A stretch of DNA of 24,000 nt from contig NZ_CP011853.1 in assembly GCF_001305675.1 (NCBI RefSeq), positions 4,061,395-4,085,394 on the forward strand, given 5' to 3'. The translations under genes were made by a program, and so were the position numbers. Under the pieces are notes generated by a model. The model saw only the letters and a list, made by a program, of their open reading frames with translations. It did no database searches and was not told where the DNA came from. The stretch is from Gordonia phthalatica. Lineage in GTDB: Bacteria > Actinomycetota > Actinomycetes > Mycobacteriales > Mycobacteriaceae. Positions 16,849 through 24,000 of the stretch are shown here, in pieces (positions within the stretch are counted from its first letter, which is position 1; the number at the start of each line of letters is the position of its first letter).

Positions 16849-18051
16849 TCAACGGGGGCCGCGCGACGACGACAGCCAGCCCCACGTCGCCGCCACCTGG
16901 CATGCGGCAGCGACCGCCGCGACGGCGACCAGACCGATCACCGAGTCGACGACGGTGAGGATCACGACCACTTCCACCCCCAGGACGGCGAGGGCGGGCA
17001 GAGCGCCGCGCGCCCGGTTGCGCGCGATCGCGGCGAGGAGCATCAACTGCAGCACCGCGACCAGCGATCCGGTCAGCGCGAACGCCCACATCAGACCGGC
17101 GACGTCGCGGTAGTCCTCGGAGATCACGACCGGCACCAGCGGTCCGCCGACCGCGGCGAGCACCGTCAAGACGGCTCCGATTCCGGCGAGGACCGCCGCG
17201 GCTCGACGCAGCGCGGCCGCCGAGCGGACGGGATCGGCGAGTCGCGGATAGGCGACGACGCCGATGGCCTGCGGCAGCCAGAACGCGGCCTTGGTGGCGA
17301 CGGCGCCGAGGGCGTACACGCCGGCGTCGGCGGGCGAGAGCACCGCGCGCGAGAGGAGCAGGTCCACCGAGACCGCGACGATCATCACGAACTGCACCCC
17401 GGAGGCGGCGAGGACGGCGGACACCGATACCTCCAGATCGCGGAGACCGTCGCCGCGATACGGCCCGCGGACCGCGACCGCGCCGACCAGGAGCGCCGCC
17501 ACCACCGTGCCGAGGGTGCCGACCGCGAGGGCACCGGTCGCATCGGACCCGGCCAGCACAGCGACGATCACCGGCACCGACCGCAGCACGCCGACCGCAG
17601 CGAGAACCGCGCCGAGCAATCGGAACCGCCCGGCACCCTGCAGGAATCCCTGCCCGCCGGCGATCACCGCGAGCGGCGCCGCACTGGCGAGAGCTGCCGC
17701 GGTGGGTGCCAGGTCGGTGCGGGCCAGGCCCATCATTCCGGCAGTCGCCACCACCGACAGTCCTGCGACCACGACGAAGACGATGCCGATCAGCCGCCAC
17801 AGTCTGGCCGGAGACGATCCCCGGACCACCTGTCGCGCGACCACCGCCTGCAGCGCGAGCGCCGGGACGGAGGCCACCAGCATGGCGGCCCCGAGCACGG
17901 CGAACTCACCGAAGCCGTCGGGCCCCAACACCCGGCTCGCGGGCACCTGCACCGCGTAGGCCAGCACGTTCGCCAGCAGCGTTCCGACAGTGACCCATCC
18001 GACCGACGCCGCGACGGTGCCGCGACGGAGCGGCGCGGCACGGGAGAGCAT
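16849..18051 (-). CDS. Polysaccharide/oligosaccharide flippase-like membrane protein (MOP/Wzx superfamily)
   Basis: About 12 TMs. N-terminal pattern MLSRAAPLRRGTVAASVGWVTVGTLLANVLAYAVQVPASRVLGPDGFGEFAVLGA is typical of polysaccharide biosynthesis (Wzx-like) proteins. Start chosen at ATG 18051. ATG 18090 is possible, but its extra codons use rare TCT/ACA. GTG 18153 would overlap the divergent gene. Confidence 0.7.
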   Translation of the reverse strand: MLSRAAPLRRGTVAASVGWVTVGTLLANVLAYAVQVPASRVLGPDGFGEFAVLGAAMLVASVPALALQAVVARQVVRGSSPARLWRLIGIVFVVVAGLSVVATAGMMGLARTDLAPTAAALASAAPLAVIAGGQGFLQGAGRFRLLGAVLAAVGVLRSVPVIVAVLAGSDATGALAVGTLGTVVAALLVGAVAVRGPYRGDGLRDLEVSVSAVLAASGVQFVMIVAVSVDLLLSRAVLSPADAGVYALGAVATKAAFWLPQAIGVVAYPRLADPVRSAAALRRAAAVLAGIGAVLTVLAAVGGPLVPVVISEDYRDVAGLMWAFALTGSLVAVLQLMLLAAIARNRARGALPALAVLGVEVVVILTVVDSVIGLVAVAAVAAACQVAATWGWLSSSRGPR

Positions 18052-18129
18052 GCTGACCAGTGTGCACGGAGACGCCACGATAGACTTCATCGGCAGTATC
18101 CACCCGATCGAGACGAGCGTTGACAGTCG

Positions 18130-19044
18130 ATGTACGACACCGAACCCTTCCACGAGCCTGATCCCTCCGCCGTCGGTTCCCGAATCGACCCGGTACTGGC
18201 CCGCAGCTGGCTCTTGGTGAACGGCGCTCAGTACGACCGGTTCGACGCCGCCTCCCGCTCACGCGCCGACATCGTCATCCTCGACATCGAGGACGCCGTC
18301 GCACCGAAGGACAAGGACGCCGCCCGCGAGAACGTGGTGCGCTGGTTGGCCGACGGGCACTCCGACTGGGTGCGCATCAACGGTTTCGGCAGCCCGTGGT
18401 GGGCGGCCGACCTGGCGGCGCTGGCCGGCACGTCGATCGGCGGTATCATGCTCGCGATGGTCGAGTCGGTGGATCATGTCACCGAGACCGCCCGCCGGGT
18501 CCCGGGCGTGCCGATCGTCGCGCTGGTCGAAACGGCGCGCGGTCTGGAGCGGATCACCGAGATCGCCTCTGCGAAGGGCACGTTCCGCCTCGCGTTCGGC
18601 ATCGGCGACTTCCGCCGCGACACCGGTTTCGGCGACCTGCCGTCAACCCTCGCGTACGCACGGTCGCGGTTCACCATCGCGGCGAAGGCCGCCAACCTGC
18701 CGTCGGCGATCGACGGCCCGACCATCGGTTCCAGCGCGCTGAAGCTGTCGGAGGCGACGGCCGTGAGTTCGGAGTTCGGCATGACCGGCAAGATCTGTCT
18801 GAGCCCGGATCAGTGCGGTCCGGTCAACGAGGGCCTCTCGCCGTCGCAGGACGAGATCAAGTGGGCGCGCGAGTTCTTCGCGGAGTTCGAGGCCGACGGC
18901 GGCGAGATCCGCAACGGCTCCGACCTGCCTCGCATCGCGCGCGGCACCAAGATCCTGGAGCTGGCCCGCGCCTACAAGATCGTTCCCGACGACTTCGCGG
19001 TGAACGATCACATGCCGGCCCCGACCGACACCTACCACTTCTGA
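18130..19044 (+). CDS. HpcH/HpaI aldolase / citrate-lyase beta-subunit-like (CitE-like) CoA-ester lyase
   Basis: ARSWLLVNGAQYDRFDAASRSRADIVILDIEDAVAPKDKDAAR matches the CitE N-terminal signature (W-L-x-x-x-G ... D-x-x-x-x-D-L-E-D-A-V). It carries an N-terminal extension of about 24 aa. Confidence 0.8.
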   Translation: MYDTEPFHEPDPSAVGSRIDPVLARSWLLVNGAQYDRFDAASRSRADIVILDIEDAVAPKDKDAARENVVRWLADGHSDWVRINGFGSPWWAADLAALAGTSIGGIMLAMVESVDHVTETARRVPGVPIVALVETARGLERITEIASAKGTFRLAFGIGDFRRDTGFGDLPSTLAYARSRFTIAAKAANLPSAIDGPTIGSSALKLSEATAVSSEFGMTGKICLSPDQCGPVNEGLSPSQDEIKWAREFFAEFEADGGEIRNGSDLPRIARGTKILELARAYKIVPDDFAVNDHMPAPTDTYHF

Positions 19045-19048
19045 CCCC

Positions 19049-20719
19049 TTGTTGTACGCGGTCAGCGGGCTGCTCACCGCGCTGATCTGCGGGCCGATCT
19101 TCGGCGGCCATCTGCTGTTCCGCGACGCGGTCGCGGTCCCCCGGTTCTCGCTGACCGCGAGCGCTTTCGGGATCGACGGCACCGCACCGCGCGCCGTGCC
19201 GCAGGACGCTCTGCTGGCGCTCGGCTCCCGGGTGATCGACGGCGGCCTGCTGGTCGCGGGGTCGACCGCGCTCATCCTCTTCGCGGCGGGGGTCGGCTAC
19301 GGCAGACTCGCCCGGAGGCTCGTCCCAGCGGCGGGCACCCCGGGCGCCGTCGCCGCCGCGACCCTCGGGATCTGGAATCCGTTCGTCGCCGAACGACTCC
19401 TGCAGGGCCACTGGAGTCTGCTGGCCGGCTACGCAGCCCTCGGCTGGGTGGTCTGCACGACGCTCGACGTTGTCGACCGCCCCGACTGGCGCACCTGGAC
19501 GCTGCTCGCGGGTGTCTTCGCCGCCGGGGGCCTCACACCGACCGGTTCGCTGCTGGTCCTGGTCGCGGCCGGAACGACGGCGGTCGCGGCCCGGCTCCCC
19601 CTCCGACGCTCCGCGATCGGGTTCCTGTGCTGGCTCGTGACCGCGTCGCCGTGGCTGGTCGGCGCGGTGTTCTCGTCTGGCGTCGCGTCGTCGGGCGGCG
19701 CCGCCGCGTTCGCGCTGCGCAGCGAGCCGTGGCTCGGCCCGGTCGGTACGGCGCTGGGTCTGGGCGGTATCTGGAACGCCGACGCCGTCCCGGGCAGTCG
19801 GACCTCGCCGTGGGCGCTGGTCGCGACGCTCGCCCTGCTGACGGCGGTCGGGGTCGGAACCTGGTGGCTGCTGCGTCGCACGCCCCCCGACCGCACGATC
19901 ACTGCTCTCGGCGTCCTCGCCGGCACGGCGGTAGTGCTGGTGATGCTCGCCGCGACGCCGACGGGCATCGCCGCGATGGACGCCCTCCTGGCGCACATCC
20001 CCGGCGCCGGCCTGCTGCGCGACGCGCAGAAGTACCTGGCCCTCGCCGTTCCGTTCGCGACCGTCGCGGCGGCCGCGGCGACGGTCGCGCTGCGTCGCCT
20101 GGTACCCGCCGCGTTCGCGACGGTCGCGGTGGCGGCATTGATCGTCGCTCCGCTCCCCGACCTCGCGTGGGGCGTCGGCGGAAAGATCAGGCCGGCCACG
20201 TTCCCTGCCGACTACGCCCGCGTCACCGCGCTGATCGGTGACGACCGCACCGGCGGTGACGGTGCCGTCGCCCTGTGGCCCACCGATGCGGTGCGACACC
20301 TGTCGTGGACGCGCGGCCCGTCACTGACGCCGCTCCCACGGATGCTGAACGCCCCGGTCGTCGTGTCGGGGGCCCTGACCGTCGACGGGCAGACGGTCGA
20401 CGCGCCGACCGGGAGGACCGCGGAGATCGTCGGCACGCTGCTAGACGGCGGCGACCCCCGCGCCCTGGCTGGGCTGGGGGTCGGCTGGGTGGTGGTCGAG
20501 GAGGCCGATCCGCCGTCCGCTCTTGCAGCGGCGACACCGGTGTTCACCGGCGACCACCTGCGGGTCTACCGCATCGACGACGTGGAACCGCCGCCCACGC
20601 CGGGGATCACAGCGTGGGCGGCGGCGCTTCTCACGTTCGCGCTATGGATGGGCGCGATCGTCGCCGGTGCGGCAGGACGGCTCCGCTATCGCGGGTCGCC
20701 CTGGGCGCAGGGCTCATAG
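19049..20719 (+). CDS. Large polytopic membrane protein, possible GT-C-type glycosyltransferase (Rv0226c-like by position)
   Basis: 556 aa with at least 10 TMs and a C-terminal soluble-looking domain followed by a terminal TM. Only TTG starts (19049 or 19052) are available, 4 nt after the CitE-like stop. Family assignment is positional and unverified. Confidence 0.65.
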   Translation: MLYAVSGLLTALICGPIFGGHLLFRDAVAVPRFSLTASAFGIDGTAPRAVPQDALLALGSRVIDGGLLVAGSTALILFAAGVGYGRLARRLVPAAGTPGAVAAATLGIWNPFVAERLLQGHWSLLAGYAALGWVVCTTLDVVDRPDWRTWTLLAGVFAAGGLTPTGSLLVLVAAGTTAVAARLPLRRSAIGFLCWLVTASPWLVGAVFSSGVASSGGAAAFALRSEPWLGPVGTALGLGGIWNADAVPGSRTSPWALVATLALLTAVGVGTWWLLRRTPPDRTITALGVLAGTAVVLVMLAATPTGIAAMDALLAHIPGAGLLRDAQKYLALAVPFATVAAAAATVALRRLVPAAFATVAVAALIVAPLPDLAWGVGGKIRPATFPADYARVTALIGDDRTGGDGAVALWPTDAVRHLSWTRGPSLTPLPRMLNAPVVVSGALTVDGQTVDAPTGRTAEIVGTLLDGGDPRALAGLGVGWVVVEEADPPSALAAATPVFTGDHLRVYRIDDVEPPPTPGITAWAAALLTFALWMGAIVAGAAGRLRYRGSPWAQGS

Positions 20720-21714
20720 GTGGACTTCGCGAAGTCGGGCACGGCCGGTGCCGGTGACGCCACCAGCGGTGCCTGGGCCTCCCACGCCGACTTCTCGACC
20801 GTCGGCTTCAGACAGGCGCTCTTCAGCTTGTCCCACGACTTGGCGCCGCCCGCCGCGGTGTCACCGATCAGCTCACCGAGATGCTTGCCCATGGCCGCCG
20901 CGTTCTTCGGATCCTGCGAGAACGAGTAGGCGTCCCAGATGGCCTTGCAGTAGTTGCCCATGTCCTTGGGCCGGTTGTCGAGTGCCTGGCACGAAGCCGT
21001 GTAGTAGGCCTGGACCAGCGGCGACAGGGCGTTGCCCGACCGGCCGACGATGTCGGTGACGCGCTTGACCTGCGACGGCGGGAGATGCTCCTCCATCGTC
21101 GGGCCGTAGTACATGGCGTCGACCTTCTTGGCCTTGAACGCGGTGATCGCGGTCACGGGAGCACCGACCGCCACGAACGACACGTCGGTGGCGGGATCGA
21201 GGCCCGCCTGGGTCAGCATCTTGGAGATCCACAGTTCCATGCCGCAACCGCGCGAGGTGACACCGATGGTCTTGCCCTTCAGGGACTTCATCGTGGTGTC
21301 CGGGTTCGTCGGGTCGCCGGTGACGGGGGTGCCGGGCTGAGCGATCACCTCGAGGGTGTTGCCGAGCGTGGAACCGAGCGCCTTGACGCAGGCGCCCTTG
21401 TCGATCGTGGGCCACATGGTGCCGGGCACCATGGTGCCGATGGTGAGATCACCGGACACGACGGCCGCCGACTGAGCGGTGGTGAGCGACGGCGGCATCA
21501 GCTGAACGTTGACGCCCCGCTTCTTGAACAGGCCGGCCTTGTCCGCGACGACGGCCATCAGGTCGACGGGGACGCCCTGGGTGATGCCGACCTTGACGAC
21601 CGAGCCCTCGGTGCCGGCGTCGACGCCACCGCACGCTGTCAGCGTCACTGCTGCGAGTACAGCGGTGGCCGCGCCCAACGACGCGGCCACACGACTGCCG
21701 AATCTCGTCTTCAC
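20686..21714 (-). CDS. ABC-transporter-type substrate-binding lipoprotein (NMT1/SsuA/TauA-like)
   Basis: GTG at 21714 preceded by AGGAG (21723-21727, 8-nt spacer). Signal plus lipobox: VKTRFGSRVAASLGAATAVLAAVTLTAC. NMT1-like fold pattern. The track ORF's first 38 codons are a spurious extension. Confidence 0.8.
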   Translation of the reverse strand: MKTRFGSRVAASLGAATAVLAAVTLTACGGVDAGTEGSVVKVGITQGVPVDLMAVVADKAGLFKKRGVNVQLMPPSLTTAQSAAVVSGDLTIGTMVPGTMWPTIDKGACVKALGSTLGNTLEVIAQPGTPVTGDPTNPDTTMKSLKGKTIGVTSRGCGMELWISKMLTQAGLDPATDVSFVAVGAPVTAITAFKAKKVDAMYYGPTMEEHLPPSQVKRVTDIVGRSGNALSPLVQAYYTASCQALDNRPKDMGNYCKAIWDAYSFSQDPKNAAAMGKHLGELIGDTAAGGAKSWDKLKSACLKPTVEKSAWEAQAPLVASPAPAVPDFAKSTYEPCAQGDPR

Positions 21715-21737
21715 GAGTTCTTCTCCTGGTGTCCGGA

Positions 21738-22649
21738 TCAGGCGTGGTGGGTGAAGCCGACCTGGCCGGGCTGGCGGTTCGGCGCGAAGCCGAGCTTGGC
21801 CAGGGTCTCGTCGGCGTCGGCGTACCACTCGCCGATGCGGTAGATGTCGCGGGCTTCCTTGCCGCTGGCGACGCCGCGGCCGAGCTCGTCAGCCAAGCGA
21901 ACCAGCTGCTTGATCTGATCGACTGACTTCATCTTCTGGCCCTTGGCGCCCCAGATGGTGTCCTCGTTGCCGCAGCGGGTGTGCAGACCCAGCGCGATCG
22001 CCATCGCGTTCACCGGAGCCACCGACCGCATCAGGGTCTCCAGGGTCAGGCAGGCGCCGTCCGGAACACGCTGGACGAAGTTCATGATGTTGTACGGATT
22101 CGGGCCCTCGAAACCACCGCCGATGCCGACCCACGTCAGGTTCAGCGGACCGGTGTACACCCCGCGACGGATCAGACGCTCGACGGTCTCCAGCTGCGGG
22201 ATGCTCGAGAGCTGGAAGTGCGGCTGGATGCCGGCCTCCTGCAGACGACGAAGGTGCTCCTCGACCCACTGCGGGCCGGCCGGAACGGTCATCTCCCGGT
22301 AGGTCTCCGACAGTTCCGGACGCGCCAGCGAGGTGCCCGCGATGTCGTCCTCGGTCATCAACTCCATGATGTTCATCTGGCTGGTGTTGATCGCGATGGT
22401 GACCTGGTCCGGCTTCGGATCCAGCTCGGCCAGCATGTGGCGAGTGTCGTTCGAGAGCCACTTGGCGTCCGCGCCCTCGCCCTCGGGGGCGAAGGAGATC
22501 GAGCCGCCGACCTGCAAGATCATGTCCGGCACGGCCTCACGCAGACCCGAGAGCAGCTCGTTGAACTTCGACAGCCGCTTGGAGCCGTGGCCGTCCTCCT
22601 CACGAACGTGGATGTGCAGGACGGTGGCGCCGGCCTCGTAGCGCCGTTC
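21738..22649 (-). pseudogene. 3-keto-5-aminohexanoate cleavage enzyme family (BKACE/DUF849) gene, 5'-truncated
   Basis: The frame continues upstream of the track Met (22532) as ERRYEAGATVLHIHVREEDGHGSKRLSKFNELLSGLREAVPDMILQVGGS (the BKACE HxH metal-binding strand), then stops at TGA 22650-22652. The roughly 35-45 N-terminal residues of the family are missing, and no ATG or GTG lies upstream of the HxH motif (the only upstream candidate, GTG 22541, lies downstream of it). Confidence 0.7.
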
Positions 22650-23632
22650 TCAACGGCTACGTCGAGACCGCCGAATCACTCGATCTCAACCCCGACGCCC
22701 TGATGCGCGTGTCCGGGATCGACCCGGGCGCGTTCGCCTCGACGACCGGCTGAATCCCCGCACTGGCCGTCGACCGCCTCCTCGAACTGTCCGCCGACCA
22801 GGCCGGCCGTCTGGACTTCGGGCTATTGATGGCGACCGACCGCGGCCTGTCGAATCTGGGGCCGGTCGGCCTGGTGGCCCGGGAGGAACCGGACGTCCGC
22901 AGCGCCCTGGGCATCGTCCTGCGGCACCTGAACCTGCACAACGAGGCCATCGATCTCGCGATGTCGGAGGGACGAGGGCTCGCGACCGTGGAGGTCCAGG
23001 CGGCCGCCGGGATCGAACTGGGGCGGCAGTCCGTCGAACTCATCATCGCGTCGGTCCTGCACATCCTCGCGGACGTGCTGCCACCGCACTGGGCGCCGTC
23101 GGTCGTCTATCTCGCGCACCACGCACCCGAAGACACCTCGACCCACCGGCGACTGCTCGGCGAGCACGTGGTCTTCGATCACGAATTCAGCGGCATCGTC
23201 CTACCCGGCAGCGATTTGGATCAGACCAATCCCCTGTCGAATCCACAGCTGCGACCATTCGTCCAGGAGTACCTCGGACTCCTGGTGCCGGGCGCCGGCC
23301 CCACCCTGCCGGTCCAGGTGCACGACCTGATCGCAACGCTGCTGCCGACCGGCAACTTCTCGGCCGACAAGATCGCCCGCAGCCTCGGCATGGACCGACG
23401 GACCCTGCATCGGAAACTCGTCGCCACCGGGGATACGTACTCGTCGATCTTGGACGCCGTCCGTCGCGAGCATGCGAGCACCGCGATCCTCCGCGGCCAC
23501 GCCTCGTTCACGGAGATAGCCGTCCACCTGGGATTCTCCGAACTGAGCGCCTTCTCCCGCTGGTTCCGCGGAGAGTTCGGTGCGAGCCCCCGGGCATGGG
23601 CCCGGAAAGCACGCGAGCAGGCCGCTCAGTGA
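22637..23632 (+). pseudogene. VirS-type AraC family transcriptional regulator, 5'-truncated with an in-frame TGA at 22751-22753
   Basis: Same frame as ORF 22826..23632. It reads RSAVLNGYVETAESLDLNPDALMRVSGIDPGAFASTTG*IPALAVDRLLELSADQAGRLDFGLLMATDRGLSNLGPVG, then continues into the listed ORF. The C-terminal AraC HTH is ...LGFSELSAFSRWFRGEFGASPRAW. There is no start codon at the N-terminal end. Confidence 0.7.
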
Positions 23633-23643
23633 GCCGATGAAAA

Positions 23644-23696
23644 ACGCCAGTGCGCCACTCCCGCGATCAATCGGCGCGGGAGTCGCGCACTGGCGT
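23644..23696. terminator. Very strong hairpin (21 of 22 bp paired); T-run only on the minus-strand side
   Basis: ACGCCAGTGCGCCACTCCCGCG (23644-23665), loop ATCAATCGG, CGCGGGAGTCGCGCACTGGCGT (23675-23696), with one C-C mismatch. A plus-strand run of 5 A (23640-23644; A23644 also forms the first stem pair) gives TTTTT after the stem on the minus strand. Starts 12 nt after the AraC stop. Confidence 0.6.
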
Positions 23697-23797
23697 CGGC
23701 ATCCGACCTTCAGTCACGCCCTGAAGCACCCCTCGGCCCGTTCGGCGGAGTTCCTCCGTATCCACGCCGATGTGCAGCCTCAGTATCGTGCCCGAAA

Positions 23798-23826
23798 ACC
23801 GGTTCACCGGTATGTAACGCTATACT
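23798..23826 (+). promoter_or_regulatory. Candidate operator ACCGGT-TC-ACCGGT plus -10 TATACT upstream of the terminal TetR gene
   Basis: 14-bp quasi-palindrome at 23798-23811. TATACT at 23821-23826. RBS AAGGGGGA at 23903-23910 precedes the ATG at 23914. Confidence 0.3.
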
Positions 23827-23913
23827 CTCGAGTAACCACCCGCAAGTGGATCTCCGCAGGCAGTTGGGCCGATCAGCCGTTATTCACAAGAGAATCATCC
23901 GCAAGGGGGACCC

Positions 23914-24000
23914 ATGGCGCAGCAGGCGAGAGCCGCTCAAACGCGTCAGCAGATCATCGTCGGTGCCGCCAAGCTGTTCAGCCGCGTCGGCTACGAACGC
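23914..24000 (+). CDS. TetR family transcriptional regulator (partial, N-terminal 29 codons)
   Basis: MAQQARAAQTRQQIIVGAAKLFSRVGYER is a typical TetR N-terminus leading into the HTH, and it is preceded by a purine-rich RBS. The gene runs off the window end. Confidence 0.75.
   Translation, partial: MAQQARAAQTRQQIIVGAAKLFSRVGYER

Noticed and set aside
15427-18123. 898-aa plus-strand ORF
   Set aside because: An Arg/Asp/Gly/His-rich nonsense translation spanning three real genes on both strands. It is a shadow frame.
18119-18124. Perfect TTGACA hexamer just upstream of the CitE-like ATG
   Set aside because: It lies only 5 nt from the start codon, and no TANNNT -10 follows at 16-18 nt spacing. 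It is unlikely to act as a -35 for this gene.
18857-20299. 480-aa minus-strand ORF opposite the 556-aa membrane protein gene
   Set aside because: A highly charged Arg/Asp/Gly-rich shadow frame. The plus frame encodes coherent TM helices.
21715-21828. 38-codon N-terminal extension of the solute-binding protein ORF
   Set aside because: It is Arg/Pro-rich and overlaps the upstream gene's 3' end. The GTG at 21714 has an AGGAG SD and begins a proper lipoprotein signal peptide.
23638-24000. Plus-strand frame open from ATG 23638 to the window end
   Set aside because: The translation is Arg/His/Ser-rich with no coding character, and it runs through the terminator hairpin. The real gene at the end is the TetR frame starting at 23914.
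1-24000. Search for CRISPR arrays, IS elements/transposases, integrases, tRNA/rRNA genes and long direct repeats
   Set aside because: No spaced direct repeats, terminal inverted repeats with a transposase ORF, or RNA-gene signatures were visible by eye. The repetitive-looking stretches are low-complexity coding sequence (Ser/Thr or Ala/Arg codons).

Overview
High-GC (about 68-70%) actinobacterial chromosome segment, most likely from a mycolic-acid-producing Corynebacteriales genome (Gordonia/Rhodococcus/Mycobacterium-like). No rRNA, tRNA, CRISPR array, transposase or phage gene is visible. From memory, the core mirrors the M. tuberculosis Rv0236c-Rv0243 neighbourhood: fadA2 (thiolase), divergent from fabG4-htdX; a TetR regulator downstream of the GH3 lipoprotein lpqI; and a small membrane protein followed by the 1404-aa arabinofuranosyltransferase aftD. 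Next come cell-envelope genes resembling Rv0228/Rv0227c/Rv0226c: an acyltransferase-3, a DUF3068 protein and a large polytopic membrane protein. Lineage-specific material sits between these conserved blocks. It comprises a secreted LIP-family lipase plus an atypical alpha/beta-hydrolase, a Wzx-like flippase plus a CitE-like lyase, and a decaying right-hand locus. That locus holds an orphan solute-binding lipoprotein, a 5'-truncated BKACE gene fused head-to-head to a 5'-truncated, nonsense-interrupted VirS/AraC regulator, and the start of a second TetR gene. A partial VanW-family gene missing from the ORF track occupies the left edge. The main hunt results are: (1) a shared CTTAC-N6-GTAAGTT palindrome with an embedded -10 in both the TetR promoter and the fadA2/fabG4 intergenic region, implying one regulon; (2) the head-to-head deletion scar with gene decay at about 22.64 kb; (3) insertion of the flippase and CitE-like genes into the conserved envelope locus; (4) a recurrent leaderless-promoter signature; (5) a 21/22-bp hairpin whose T-run points to an unannotated minus-strand transcript at 23.7-23.8 kb. 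I found no clear novel multi-gene system such as a defence or toxin module. Most long alternative-frame ORFs in the track are Arg/Pro/Gly-rich shadow frames typical of high-GC DNA.
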